A program made the position numbers and the translations under genes. This document shows positions 26,699 through 36,662 of a stretch of DNA of 64,000 nt, in pieces; the stretch's first letter is position 1; every line of letters starts with the position of its first letter. The notes beneath the pieces are model-generated. The model worked only from the letters and a program-made list of their open reading frames with translations, was not told the DNA's origin and did no database searches. Source of the DNA: Ruminococcus sp. (GTDB taxonomy: Bacteria; Bacillota; Clostridia; Oscillospirales; Ruminococcaceae); NCBI GenBank assembly GCA_015066975.1, contig SVNI01000003.1:17951-81950 (forward strand). Reading direction: 5' to 3'.

Positions 26699-28306
26699 AT
26701 GCGAAAAAGCGGTATTTTACTGCATATTTCCAGTCTGCCTTCACGCTACGGCATCGGCAGAATGGGAAAGGCGGCCTATGATTTTGTAGATTTCCTTCAG
26801 CAAAGCGAAACAGCTTTCTGGCAGATTCTGCCCCTCTCGCCCACAAGCTACGGCGATTCCCCCTATCAGAGCTTTTCGGTCTATGCCGGAAATCCCTATT
26901 TTATCGATTTCGAGAAGCTTGAAGAACAAGGTCTGCTCGAACATGAAGACTATGCTTCCATGCTGTGGCAGAGAAGTGCAGATGCTATTGATTATGAACT
27001 GCTCTACAGAAGCAATATCACTGTTCTCAGACGCGCTTTTGCCAGATTCCGCGAAAAACCTGCAAGGGGCTATCGTTCTTTCAAGAATCATAATAAAGAA
27101 TGGCTTCCGGAATATGCCCTTTTCATGGCTCTGAAAGATTCCCACGACGGAAAGCCCTGGTATGAATGGGAAACAGAACTTGCCATGCGCGAAAAAAATA
27201 CGCTCGAAAAAGTAAGAACCGAACTCGCTGACGAAATCGAACTGCAATGCTTTATTCAGTTTATTTTCTCACAGCAGTGGTCAGCACTTAAAAAATATGC
27301 CAATCAGCATCATGTCAAGATTATCGGGGATATGCCGATTTATGTCTCTTATGACAGCGCGGATGTCTGGGTATCTCCCGAACTGTTTGACCTTGATGAA
27401 AATAAAAAGCCTGTGGAAGTCGCCGGCTGTCCGCCTGACCCCTTTTCCCCGACAGGTCAGCTTTGGGGCAATCCGCTCTATGATTGGGACTATCATGCAA
27501 AAACCAATTATGAATGGTGGACTTCCAGATTAAAATTTGCTTCTTCGCTCTATGATGTCATTCGGATTGACCATTTCAGAGGATTCGAGAGCTATTATGC
27601 CATTCCGTTCGGCAGTGAAAATGCCGTCAAGGGCAGATGGCGCAAAGGCCCTAACAAGAAATTATTCCAGACAGTCGGAAAAGAACTCGGCGAACTGAAT
27701 ATCATCGCCGAAGATTTAGGCTTTATTACCCCTGCTGTCCGGACAATGCTCAAAGCCCTGCACTATCCGGGCATGAAAGTCTTGCAGTTCGGTTTCGACA
27801 GTGACCCCGAAAACGAACATCTGCCTCACAATTTCCAGTCTCCTCACTGCGTTGTCTATACCGGAACGCATGACAACGAAACTCTCAGGGGCTGGCTGGA
27901 ATCTTCTGCAAAATCTACTGTCAAGTATGCAAAGAAATATCTCAGAGTCAGCAAAAAATCAGAAATCCCAGACGCGCTTGTCGCCTGTGCATGGCAGAGC
28001 ATTGCAGAACTCGCTGTCGCACAGATGCAGGATTTCCTGCATGAAGACAAATCCTGCCGGATGAATATTCCCTCGAAACTCGGCGGAAACTGGCAGTACA
28101 GAACCAGTGAGGAAGATTTCTCTCCCGAACTGGCAAAACAAATCCAGAAACTTAACAGAATCTACGGCAGAGCGTTCAAATCCGAAGAACAGCCTCGCCC
28201 AAAAAGAAAATATACACGAAGAAAACTAAAAACTTCTGAACAGACAGAACCAGAAAATATTGCAGATGCGGAGGAAACAGCCGTTTCTCCGCAGGAAAAA
28301 GATTAA
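26699..28306 (+). CDS. malQ: 4-alpha-glucanotransferase (GH77, amylomaltase)
   Basis: MRKSGILLHISSLPSRYGIG...GDSPYQSFS...IIGDMPIYV...RIDHFRGF. Confidence 0.9.
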   Translation: MRKSGILLHISSLPSRYGIGRMGKAAYDFVDFLQQSETAFWQILPLSPTSYGDSPYQSFSVYAGNPYFIDFEKLEEQGLLEHEDYASMLWQRSADAIDYELLYRSNITVLRRAFARFREKPARGYRSFKNHNKEWLPEYALFMALKDSHDGKPWYEWETELAMREKNTLEKVRTELADEIELQCFIQFIFSQQWSALKKYANQHHVKIIGDMPIYVSYDSADVWVSPELFDLDENKKPVEVAGCPPDPFSPTGQLWGNPLYDWDYHAKTNYEWWTSRLKFASSLYDVIRIDHFRGFESYYAIPFGSENAVKGRWRKGPNKKLFQTVGKELGELNIIAEDLGFITPAVRTMLKALHYPGMKVLQFGFDSDPENEHLPHNFQSPHCVVYTGTHDNETLRGWLESSAKSTVKYAKKYLRVSKKSEIPDALVACAWQSIAELAVAQMQDFLHEDKSCRMNIPSKLGGNWQYRTSEEDFSPELAKQIQKLNRIYGRAFKSEEQPRPKRKYTRRKLKTSEQTEPENIADAEETAVSPQEKD

Positions 28307-28340
28307 CAGCAGAATATTTAAGAAAGGAATTTTTATCAGC

Positions 28341-29249
28341 ATGTTTCATCATATTACAATTGCCGGTGCAGGTGTGCAGGGTTCACAGCTCGCCGTACAG
28401 ATAGCCTTTAAAGGCTATCCCGTAACAGTATGGGTTCGCAGTGAGGAAAGCAAGCAGAGAGCTGCTGCCAAAATCAATGCCGTACAGCAGAACTATATCA
28501 ATGCCATCAAGGCTATGTCGCAGGATGCCTCTTTTTACTGCAAGAGTCTCTGTACGCCGGAGGAGGCAAAAAATCCTGAAATCCTCCGGACTATGCTCGA
28601 AAAAGCTGAAAATCTTGCAATTACCCTGACAACCTCTCAGGAACAGGCTTTCGCTGATGCTGACCTCATTATCGAAACTGTCAAAGAAGATATTGGCATT
28701 AAACAGGAATTTTATGCTATGCTCGGCAGATTCCTCAAAGAAAATGCCGTTGTGACAACTAATACTTCTTCCCTTGCTCCTTCCGAACTGATTCAGAACG
28801 AGAATTATAAAGAAAGATTTCTGATGCTCCATTTCGCAAGCCCTGTCATTAAATGCAATATGGCCGAAGTCATGCGGATTAAAGAAACCAGAGATGATGT
28901 ATTTGAATCTGTTTATGAATTCGCCGGAACAATCGGTATGTCACCTACCAGAATCAATTCTGAACTCCCCAGAGGCGTGCTGAATTTCATGCTGATTCCG
29001 TGGATGGCAAAAGCAGCTTATCTGTGGGGGGCGGATATTGCCAGCCCTCAGGATATTGATAAAACGTGGATGGCCGGTACTATGCACTGTGTCGGGCCTT
29101 TCATGCTGATGGATGCTGTCGGTCTGAATATCGTTTATGAAATCCTGATGACAATGGACGGTGCAAACACTGAAGGACATCCCTTCTGTAAAGTAAGAGA
29201 ACGAGTCGAAGAAATGATGAAAAATAATCAGAAATTTTATAATTCATAA
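28341..29249 (+). CDS. 3-hydroxyacyl-CoA dehydrogenase-family NAD-binding protein (divergent)
   Basis: ITIAGAGVQGSQLA Rossmann motif, then ADLIIETVKEDIGIKQEF and LMLHFASPV (canonical HFFNP). ATG 28341 lies after GAAAGGAA. Confidence 0.6.
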   Translation: MFHHITIAGAGVQGSQLAVQIAFKGYPVTVWVRSEESKQRAAAKINAVQQNYINAIKAMSQDASFYCKSLCTPEEAKNPEILRTMLEKAENLAITLTTSQEQAFADADLIIETVKEDIGIKQEFYAMLGRFLKENAVVTTNTSSLAPSELIQNENYKERFLMLHFASPVIKCNMAEVMRIKETRDDVFESVYEFAGTIGMSPTRINSELPRGVLNFMLIPWMAKAAYLWGADIASPQDIDKTWMAGTMHCVGPFMLMDAVGLNIVYEILMTMDGANTEGHPFCKVRERVEEMMKNNQKFYNS

Positions 29250-29264
29250 AGGAGGTATTTGTTT

Positions 29265-31667
29265 ATGCTGAATTATACAAGCGAAATCTTTAAAAAATAT
29301 TTGGAAGCTACCCTGACAAAGCCCGCTTCGGAAACCTCTCCGCAGGAACTTCACAACGCTGTCGGCGAAATGGTCATGAACCTCATGACAGAAGACTGGG
29401 AAGACAGCCGTCAGGCGCATAGACATGCACGCCATGCAAGCTATCTGTCTATGGAATTCCTGATGGGCAGAGCGGTCTATAATAATCTGCTCTGTCTGGG
29501 TATCTATGACGAAGTGGAAAAAGCTCTGAATGAAATGGGTACTTCTCTCAGCAAACTCGAAGAAATCGAAGATGCTGCCCTTGGAAACGGCGGTCTTGGC
29601 AGACTGGCTGCCTGCTTCCTCGACAGTGCTGCTGCTCTGGATTTACCCCTTGACGGTTACGGAATCAGATACAAATATGGTCTGTTCAAACAGTCCTTTG
29701 AAAACGGCTTCCAGAAAGAAGATGCTGACGACTGGACAAAATATGGTGATGCATGGTCTGTCCGCCGTGAAGAAGATACCGTCCTCGTTAAGTATAACGG
29801 TCTGACTGTCAAGGCTGTTCCCTATGATATGCCCATTATCGGCTATGGTACGAAAAATATCGGAACACTCCGCCTGTGGCAGGCTGAACCCCTGAAAGAA
29901 TTCGATTTTCACACATTCAACAATCAGAACTATCTGGAAGCCTGTGCTGAAAAAATCTATGCCGAAAATATTTCCAGATGCCTGTATCCTAACGATGATA
30001 CCAACGAAGGCAAGAAGCTTCGGCTTCAGCAGGAATATTTCTTCAGCAGTGCCTCTTTGCAGGATTTGCTGAAAAAACATCTCGAAGATTACGGAGATTA
30101 TGACAATCTCGCGGATGTTCTGACCGTTCAGCTCAATGATACCCATCCGGTTATCTCAATTCCGGAACTTATCAGACTGCTTATGAATGACGGCGTTTCG
30201 TTTGAAGCTTCTGCCGAAATCGCTAAGAAAGTATTCAGATATACTAATCATACCATCATGGCAGAAGCACTCGAAAAATGGTATGCACCTCTGGTACAGG
30301 AACTTCTGCCGGAAATCTATCAGATTATCGTCAGACTGAATGAAATGCTCATTGCTGAACTCTATCAGAAAAATGCTGAAAAAGCACAGATTAACAAAAT
30401 GCGCATCATTCAGGATAATATGATTCACATGGCGCATATGGCTATTTTCATGGGAAGCTATGTCAACGGCGTGGCGGAAATCCATACCCAGATTCTGAAA
30501 GATACCGCCCTCAAAGACTGGTATCAGTACTACCCGGAACGATTCCAGAATAAAACAAACGGCATCACACAGAGAAGATGGCTTGCCCTCTGCAACCGTG
30601 AACTGTCTGCACTCCTGACCGAACTGCTTGGCTCGGAAGACTGGGTGAAGAATCTCGATTTACTCAAAGAACTTGATAAATTCGCAGATGACGACAGCAT
30701 CATGCAAAGATTTATCAGCATCAAGCAGGAGAAGAAAAAACAGCTTGTTTCTTATATCAATTTCAGAGAAGCAGACAGATTTGATTCCCCTGAATCCTGT
30801 GAGAAATTCTTTGATGCGGAAAATACTGTTTTCGATATTCAGATTAAAAGACTGCATGAATATAAGCGTCAGCTCCTGAATGCGTTCTCGATTCTGTATC
30901 TGTATTATGGAATTAAAGACGGCAGTATTAAGGATTTACCGCCTGTTGCGTTCATCTTCGGCGCGAAGTCCGCTCCCGGCTACCGCAGAGCGAAAGCTAT
31001 CATCAAGTATATCAACGAAATCGCTAAGATGATTGATTCTGACCCGGAAGTTTCCGATAAGATTAAAGTTTTCTTTGTATCTGAATATAATGTATCCTAT
31101 GCTGAAAAATTAGTCGCTTCTGCCGATATCTCCGAACAGATTTCCACTGCCGGAACAGAAGCTTCCGGCACAGGCAATATGAAACTCATGCTCAACGGTG
31201 CAGTCACCCTCGGCACTTACGACGGCGCAAATGTCGAAATCGTACAGGAAGCAGGAGAAGAAAATAACTATATCTTCGGTGCGCGTGTAGAGGATATCGA
31301 AAAAATCAAGGATTCCTACGACAGCCGGAAAATCCTCGCCGAAAATGACAAACTCCGGAAAGTCGTGCAGACCCTCATGGACGGTACTTTCTCCGACGGC
31401 GGAAGCGGTGATTTCAAGGAACTCTATGATGCTCTTACTGAAGGCGCAAGCTGGCATGAACCTGACCATTATTACCTCATGCTCGATTTGCAGGACTACT
31501 GCGATACTAAAATCAATGCGCTGAAAGATTATCAATCCGACCGGATGGCATTCGCCCGCAAACAGTGGCATAATATCTGCAATGCAGGCAAATTCAGTTC
31601 TGACAGAACTATCCGGGAATATGCTGACGAAATCTGGCAGATTCAGCCTGTCAGCTTTGAAAATTAA
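29265..31667 (+). CDS. glgP: alpha-glucan (glycogen/maltodextrin) phosphorylase, GT35
   Basis: LGNGGLGRLAACFLDS and the PLP site TAGTEASGTGNMKLMLNGA. AAAGGAGG lies before ATG 29265. Confidence 0.95.
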   Translation: MLNYTSEIFKKYLEATLTKPASETSPQELHNAVGEMVMNLMTEDWEDSRQAHRHARHASYLSMEFLMGRAVYNNLLCLGIYDEVEKALNEMGTSLSKLEEIEDAALGNGGLGRLAACFLDSAAALDLPLDGYGIRYKYGLFKQSFENGFQKEDADDWTKYGDAWSVRREEDTVLVKYNGLTVKAVPYDMPIIGYGTKNIGTLRLWQAEPLKEFDFHTFNNQNYLEACAEKIYAENISRCLYPNDDTNEGKKLRLQQEYFFSSASLQDLLKKHLEDYGDYDNLADVLTVQLNDTHPVISIPELIRLLMNDGVSFEASAEIAKKVFRYTNHTIMAEALEKWYAPLVQELLPEIYQIIVRLNEMLIAELYQKNAEKAQINKMRIIQDNMIHMAHMAIFMGSYVNGVAEIHTQILKDTALKDWYQYYPERFQNKTNGITQRRWLALCNRELSALLTELLGSEDWVKNLDLLKELDKFADDDSIMQRFISIKQEKKKQLVSYINFREADRFDSPESCEKFFDAENTVFDIQIKRLHEYKRQLLNAFSILYLYYGIKDGSIKDLPPVAFIFGAKSAPGYRRAKAIIKYINEIAKMIDSDPEVSDKIKVFFVSEYNVSYAEKLVASADISEQISTAGTEASGTGNMKLMLNGAVTLGTYDGANVEIVQEAGEENNYIFGARVEDIEKIKDSYDSRKILAENDKLRKVVQTLMDGTFSDGGSGDFKELYDALTEGASWHEPDHYYLMLDLQDYCDTKINALKDYQSDRMAFARKQWHNICNAGKFSSDRTIREYADEIWQIQPVSFEN

Positions 31668-31683
31668 GGAGATGCGAATTTTC

Positions 31684-33156
31684 ATGAATCAGAATCATTA
31701 TGATGTTATTATTGCCGGAGGCGGTGCGGCTGGTCTGTATGCCGCTATCAACCTTCCGGCAGAAGCCAGAATCTTACTCCTGACAAAACGTGAACTTTCT
31801 CTCTGTAATACTGCCCTCGCTCAGGGCGGTATTGCCGGAGTCTATAATTCACCAGAAGATAAAACTACTCTCCACGAAAATGATACCTATATCGCCGGAG
31901 GGTTTCAGAACAATCACAAAACTGTGCATATGCTGGTGGAAGAAGCTGCACAGGATATCGGCAGAATTATCGAACTTGGTGTTGATTTCGACAAGAAAGA
32001 AGACGGCGACTATCACAGAACCCTCGAAGGCGGTCACAGCAGAAGAAGAATTTTCCATCACAAAGATGCTACTGGAAAGGAAATCGCTGACAAGCTCCGC
32101 GCTTACGTTCAGACACTTCCCAATGTCGAAATGGAATCCGATACGCTTCTCTGTGATGTCAAGAAAACCAAAACAGGCTTTTCTGCACTCACACTCCATG
32201 ACGGAAATTATGAAACCGTTCACAGCCATTTCTTCATTATGGCAACAGGCGGAATCGGCAGAGTTTACGAATTCACAACCAATTCAGCCATTGCAACAGG
32301 CGACGGCATTATGTTTGCTTACAACATGGGCGCAATGATTCGCGGACTCAGCCTGATTCAGTTCCATCCGACGGCATTCAATAACCGCCATACCCGCGAA
32401 TGCTTCCTGATTTCCGAAGCCGTCCGCGGAGAGGGCGCATATCTCCTGAACTGTAATTACGAACGCTTTATGCAGAGATATGATGACCGTCTCGAACTTG
32501 CCCCCCGTGATGTCGTCTCAAATGCTATCGTTCTTGAAAGCAGAAGAACCGGTTCAGATGAATTCTATCTGGATATCACTCATAAAGACCCCGAAGAAGT
32601 CAGAAACAGATTTCCTATGATTTATCGTAATCTGCTCGACCAGGGCTATGATATGACAAAAGACAGAATTCCGATTTATCCGTGTCAGCATTATCTGATG
32701 GGCGGTATTCAGGTCAATCCGGCATCCCGCACAAAAGTTCCGAATCTCTATGCCTGCGGTGAATGCTCGAATACTGGTGTTCACGGCAATAACAGACTGG
32801 CAAGCAATTCACTTCTGGAAGCATTGGTATTTTCTCGTCATGCAGCACAGGATATCGCAAAGAAAATGCCTCATGCACCGGAAAATTTCGAAGAAATCGA
32901 ATTCAATCCGCATACGGATGCCCAGCCTGTTCCGCATGGTATCCGGACTCAGCTCCGGCATATCTTGCAGGAAAGCTATTTTGTCATTCCAAATGCCGAA
33001 AAAATTCAGGAAAATTTCAGTAAAGTATGCGAAATTCTTCATGATTTGGAAGAAACACCGTATCTTATTAATCAGGATTATGTCGAAGCACGCTCTACAG
33101 CAACTATCGCATTCTTAATCCTGAACGAAGCCTTAATCGAGGAGAAAGGAGCTTAA
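31684..33156 (+). CDS. nadB: L-aspartate oxidase
   Basis: YDVIIAGGGAAGLYAA FAD motif and HYLMGGI...NLYACGECSNTGVHGNNRLASNSL. Confidence 0.9.
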   Translation: MNQNHYDVIIAGGGAAGLYAAINLPAEARILLLTKRELSLCNTALAQGGIAGVYNSPEDKTTLHENDTYIAGGFQNNHKTVHMLVEEAAQDIGRIIELGVDFDKKEDGDYHRTLEGGHSRRRIFHHKDATGKEIADKLRAYVQTLPNVEMESDTLLCDVKKTKTGFSALTLHDGNYETVHSHFFIMATGGIGRVYEFTTNSAIATGDGIMFAYNMGAMIRGLSLIQFHPTAFNNRHTRECFLISEAVRGEGAYLLNCNYERFMQRYDDRLELAPRDVVSNAIVLESRRTGSDEFYLDITHKDPEEVRNRFPMIYRNLLDQGYDMTKDRIPIYPCQHYLMGGIQVNPASRTKVPNLYACGECSNTGVHGNNRLASNSLLEALVFSRHAAQDIAKKMPHAPENFEEIEFNPHTDAQPVPHGIRTQLRHILQESYFVIPNAEKIQENFSKVCEILHDLEETPYLINQDYVEARSTATIAFLILNEALIEEKGA

Positions 33157-33158
33157 TC

Positions 33159-33998
33159 ATGCAGTTACTGCAAAGCTATATTGATAATATTATTAATACT
33201 GCGCTGGAAGAAGATATTCATTATGTGGATGTCACGACAGACTATCTGCTTCCGGACGGCCATACCAGCAGTGCTTATTATATCGCTAAGGCCGAAGGCG
33301 TTCTCTGCGGTCTGGATATCGCTAAGAGAGTTTTTGAACTCGTTGGCGGAAACGTTGAATTCAACGCGAATCTCAAAGACGGCGACAAAGTGAAGAAAGG
33401 CGATATTATCGCTACCATGAAAGGAGATTCCAAAACCCTCCTCAAAGGCGAACGCACTGCTCTGAATATTTTACAGCATATGTCCGGCATCGCCACAGCA
33501 ACCAACCACTGTGTCGAACTCGTCAAAGGTACAAAAGCAAAAATCACAGATACCAGAAAAACACTCCCTGGTCTCAGAAGATTGCAGAAATATGCTGTCA
33601 CCGTCGGCGGAGGCTATAATCACAGATATAATCTTTCCGAAGGCGCAATGCTGAAAGATAATCATATCGACGTTTACGGCGGTATCGTTCCGGCTGTTAC
33701 TGCTCTGCGCCGGAAAATCGGCCATATGACAAAAATTGAAGTCGAAGTCCGCAATCTGGAAGAATTACAGCAGGCTCTTTCCGTCGGGTGCGAAATTATC
33801 ATGCTCGATAATATGTCCTGCGATGATATGAAAAAAGCTGTGGAAATCACAAACGGAAAAGCTCTGCTGGAAGCTTCCGGCAACGTGACCGAAAAAAATA
33901 TCGCCGAAATCGCAAAAACCGGTGTGGATATCATTTCTCTCGGTGCGCTGACACATTCCGTACAGTGCTTTGATATTTCTATGAGATTCGACAAGTGA
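33159..33998 (+). CDS. nadC: nicotinate-nucleotide diphosphorylase (quinolinate phosphoribosyltransferase)
   Basis: KGERTALNILQHMSGIAT...DTRKTLPGLR...MLKDNH...IMLDNM. Confidence 0.9.
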   Translation: MQLLQSYIDNIINTALEEDIHYVDVTTDYLLPDGHTSSAYYIAKAEGVLCGLDIAKRVFELVGGNVEFNANLKDGDKVKKGDIIATMKGDSKTLLKGERTALNILQHMSGIATATNHCVELVKGTKAKITDTRKTLPGLRRLQKYAVTVGGGYNHRYNLSEGAMLKDNHIDVYGGIVPAVTALRRKIGHMTKIEVEVRNLEELQQALSVGCEIIMLDNMSCDDMKKAVEITNGKALLEASGNVTEKNIAEIAKTGVDIISLGALTHSVQCFDISMRFDK

Positions 33999-34008
33999 GG
34001 TGCGCTTC

Positions 34009-34644
34009 ATGAAAGCTTTTAAAACAGGAATGCTCCTGTTTCTGACGGGCTGTCTGCTTCTGGCTTCTGCCTGCGGTCAGACGGCATCACAGGAAACTGA
34101 AAATAATACTGCTTCCGTTGCTGAAACTGCTGAAGAAACTCTCCCTGAAACTTCCGGTATTGAGATTCCTGAAAATAAAACTTATCCTGACGGGACTGCC
34201 GATATTCATGTCACAATCGAGAGCGTGGAAGTCTCTCTTGCTGACCTGAAAACAAATGATTATGTCGTGCCAGTCTATGTCACACTCGACCAGAATTCCG
34301 GAATCAATTATGCCGAATGGGGTGCTTTTTACGATTCCAGATGTACTGTCGAGCAAGTTCCGTTTGATAATGATGTCATTTTTGATACTGTCTGCTCCGT
34401 CAATACAGAAAAGCATTTCTTCTGGACAGCATGGGCGACAGCAAATGATAATCCGCAAACCGGAAATCTGGTTCGTCTGGATGTGACGCTTCCACAGGAT
34501 GCCAAGGCCGGAGATACTTTCGATATCACATATTCTCCCGTATCTATGGCGGACAGACCTCACATCTGGAATAATTCAGAAAACGACTGGGTGGCTGACG
34601 GCGTTGTCGGCTGGACAGACGGCGGTATCACCGTGACAGAATAA
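34009..34644 (+). CDS. lipoprotein with cohesin-like domain
   Basis: Signal plus lipobox MKAFKTGMLLFLTGC (a second possible lipobox is LLASAC). A T/E-rich linker follows. The ~150-aa module reads like a cohesin pattern: VPVYVTLDQNSGINYAEWGAFYDSRCTV...LVRLDVTLPQDAKAGDTFDITY...GGITVTE. Confidence 0.55.
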   Translation: MKAFKTGMLLFLTGCLLLASACGQTASQETENNTASVAETAEETLPETSGIEIPENKTYPDGTADIHVTIESVEVSLADLKTNDYVVPVYVTLDQNSGINYAEWGAFYDSRCTVEQVPFDNDVIFDTVCSVNTEKHFFWTAWATANDNPQTGNLVRLDVTLPQDAKAGDTFDITYSPVSMADRPHIWNNSENDWVADGVVGWTDGGITVTE

Positions 34645-34671
34645 CCAATACACAGAGAGGAGATTTTTATC

Positions 34672-36606
34672 ATGTCAAAATTTTATATCACAACCCCGAT
34701 TTATTATCCGTCGGGCAATCCACATATCGGCCATTGCTATACCACAACAGCCTGTGATACTATCGCACGCTACAAGAGAATGCAGGGACATGAGGTAATG
34801 TTCCTGACCGGAACGGATGAACACGGCCTTAAAATCGAACAGAAAGCTAAAGAAGCCGGCATCACTCCAAAGGAATATGTTGACGGCATTGTCGAAATCT
34901 TCAAGAAATTATGGTCTTATATGAATATCAGCTATGACAGATATATCCGGACAACGGATGACTATCATGTCGAAGCTGTGCAGAAAATTTTCAAGGATTT
35001 GTATGACAAGGGCTATATCTACAAGGGCAAATATACAGGAAAGTACTGCACCCCCTGCGAAAGCTTCTGGACTTCCTCACAGCTCAAGAACGGCAAGTGC
35101 CCCGAATGCGGACGTGATGTCATTGATGCCGAAGAAGAAGCCTATTTCTTCAAGATGTCTCCGTTTGCTGACAGAATTCAGGATTTGCTCCTGAATACTG
35201 ACTATCTCCAGCCCAGAACAAGAGCTGTTGAATTGGTGAATAACTTCATCAAGCCCGGTCTCGAGGATTTATGTGTTTCCAGAACGTCTTTCAAGTGGGG
35301 AATTCCTGTGACGTTCGATACCAAACATGTTGTTTATGTCTGGATTGATGCACTCTCGAACTATATCACAGCTCTGGGCTATGATAATCATGCTTATCAG
35401 GATTTCGAGAAGTTCTGGCCTGCTGATGTCCATATGGTCGCTAAGGATATTATGCGTTTCCATGCTATCATCTGGCCTGCTATGCTGATGGCTCTTGATT
35501 TGCCCCTTCCAAAGCATCTCGCCGTACACGGCTGGATTACCTTCAATGGCGAAAAAATGAGCAAATCCCTCGGAAATGTTGTTGACCCGTTCATCCTCGG
35601 CGAACGCTACGGCGCAGATGCTATCCGCTATCACATTCTCAGAGAAATGGCACTCGGCGCAGACAGCGACTTTTCCAACGAAATCATGATTAACAGAATG
35701 AATTCTGACTTAGCAAACGGTCTCGGAAATCTGGTTTCCCGTACTGTCGCTATGATTGATAAGTATTTCGGCGGAACGCTCCCCGAAGACCGTCAGGCAG
35801 AGCCGATTGATGATGAGTTAATCAATCTTGCTGTTTCCATCCGGAATGCTGTTGATAATTATTTTGACGAAACTCAGCTTAAAAATGCTTTGATTGAAAT
35901 CTTCAAGCTCGTGGACAGAGCCAATAAATATATTGATGAAACAACACCTTGGATTCTTGGCAAGGATGATTCCAAAAAGGCAAGACTCGCAAGCGTATTG
36001 TATAATCTGCTGGAAAGCATCAGAATTATTTCTTCTCTGCTGTATCCGTTCATGCCCTCTACTATGCCGAAGGTATGGGAACAGATTGGTGCTTCTGCGG
36101 AACATGTCACATATGAGAATGCCAATCAGTTCGGCGTTCTGCCGGTGAATGTCACTGTTCACAAGGGCGAAATCCTGTTCCCCCGCATTGATGCTGAAAA
36201 GGAAATCGAAGCCCTGAACGAAATCATCAAGCAGAATCTCCCGAAAGATGAACCGGCTTATGAGCCTGCACCTCTTGCCGAAGAAATCAGTATCGAAGAT
36301 TTCGCAAAAGTAGACTTGCGTGTTGCAAAAGTCCTCTCGGCCGAAAAAGTCAAGAAATCAAAGAAGCTTCTCTGCCTTCAGCTTGATGACGGCATGGGCG
36401 GTCGTCAGGTTGTCTCCGGCATTGCCGAATGGTATGCGCCGGAAACACTTGTCGGAAAGAAAGTCATCATTGTGGCGAACCTGAAACCTGCAAAGCTCTG
36501 TGGTGTGGAAAGCAACGGCATGATTTGTGCGGCTGACCTTCCGGACGGAAGCGTTGTCGTACAGTTTGCAGATGATTCCTATCCCTGCGGTGCAAAATTA
36601 AGATAA
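34672..36606 (+). CDS. metG: methionine--tRNA ligase with C-terminal tRNA-binding domain
   Basis: HIGH motif (NPHIGHCYT), KMSKS, Zn knuckles (CTPCESF...CPECG). C-terminal EMAP-like domain (DLRVAKVLSAEKVKKSKKLL). Confidence 0.95.
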   Translation: MSKFYITTPIYYPSGNPHIGHCYTTTACDTIARYKRMQGHEVMFLTGTDEHGLKIEQKAKEAGITPKEYVDGIVEIFKKLWSYMNISYDRYIRTTDDYHVEAVQKIFKDLYDKGYIYKGKYTGKYCTPCESFWTSSQLKNGKCPECGRDVIDAEEEAYFFKMSPFADRIQDLLLNTDYLQPRTRAVELVNNFIKPGLEDLCVSRTSFKWGIPVTFDTKHVVYVWIDALSNYITALGYDNHAYQDFEKFWPADVHMVAKDIMRFHAIIWPAMLMALDLPLPKHLAVHGWITFNGEKMSKSLGNVVDPFILGERYGADAIRYHILREMALGADSDFSNEIMINRMNSDLANGLGNLVSRTVAMIDKYFGGTLPEDRQAEPIDDELINLAVSIRNAVDNYFDETQLKNALIEIFKLVDRANKYIDETTPWILGKDDSKKARLASVLYNLLESIRIISSLLYPFMPSTMPKVWEQIGASAEHVTYENANQFGVLPVNVTVHKGEILFPRIDAEKEIEALNEIIKQNLPKDEPAYEPAPLAEEISIEDFAKVDLRVAKVLSAEKVKKSKKLLCLQLDDGMGGRQVVSGIAEWYAPETLVGKKVIIVANLKPAKLCGVESNGMICAADLPDGSVVVQFADDSYPCGAKLR

Positions 36607-36611
36607 AAAAT

Positions 36612-36643
36612 TCCCCCTTTCCGGAAACTTCCGGAAAGGGGGA
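36612..36643. terminator. terminator after metG
   Basis: TCCCCCTTTCCGGAA / TTCCGGAAAGGGGGA hairpin. Same core as the 18103-18130 hairpin. Confidence 0.7.
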
Positions 36644-36662
36644 TGCTTTCTGAAACGTTTTT

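Noticed and set aside
34645-34671. T-box or riboswitch leaders expected upstream of metG, thrB, guaB or the nad genes
   Set aside because: The upstream gaps are too short: 27 nt for metG, about 40 nt of leader for guaB, and 16 nt for nadB. The gap before thrB contains only a terminator and a promoter-like stretch. No specifier or T-box sequence and no conserved riboswitch core were recognised.
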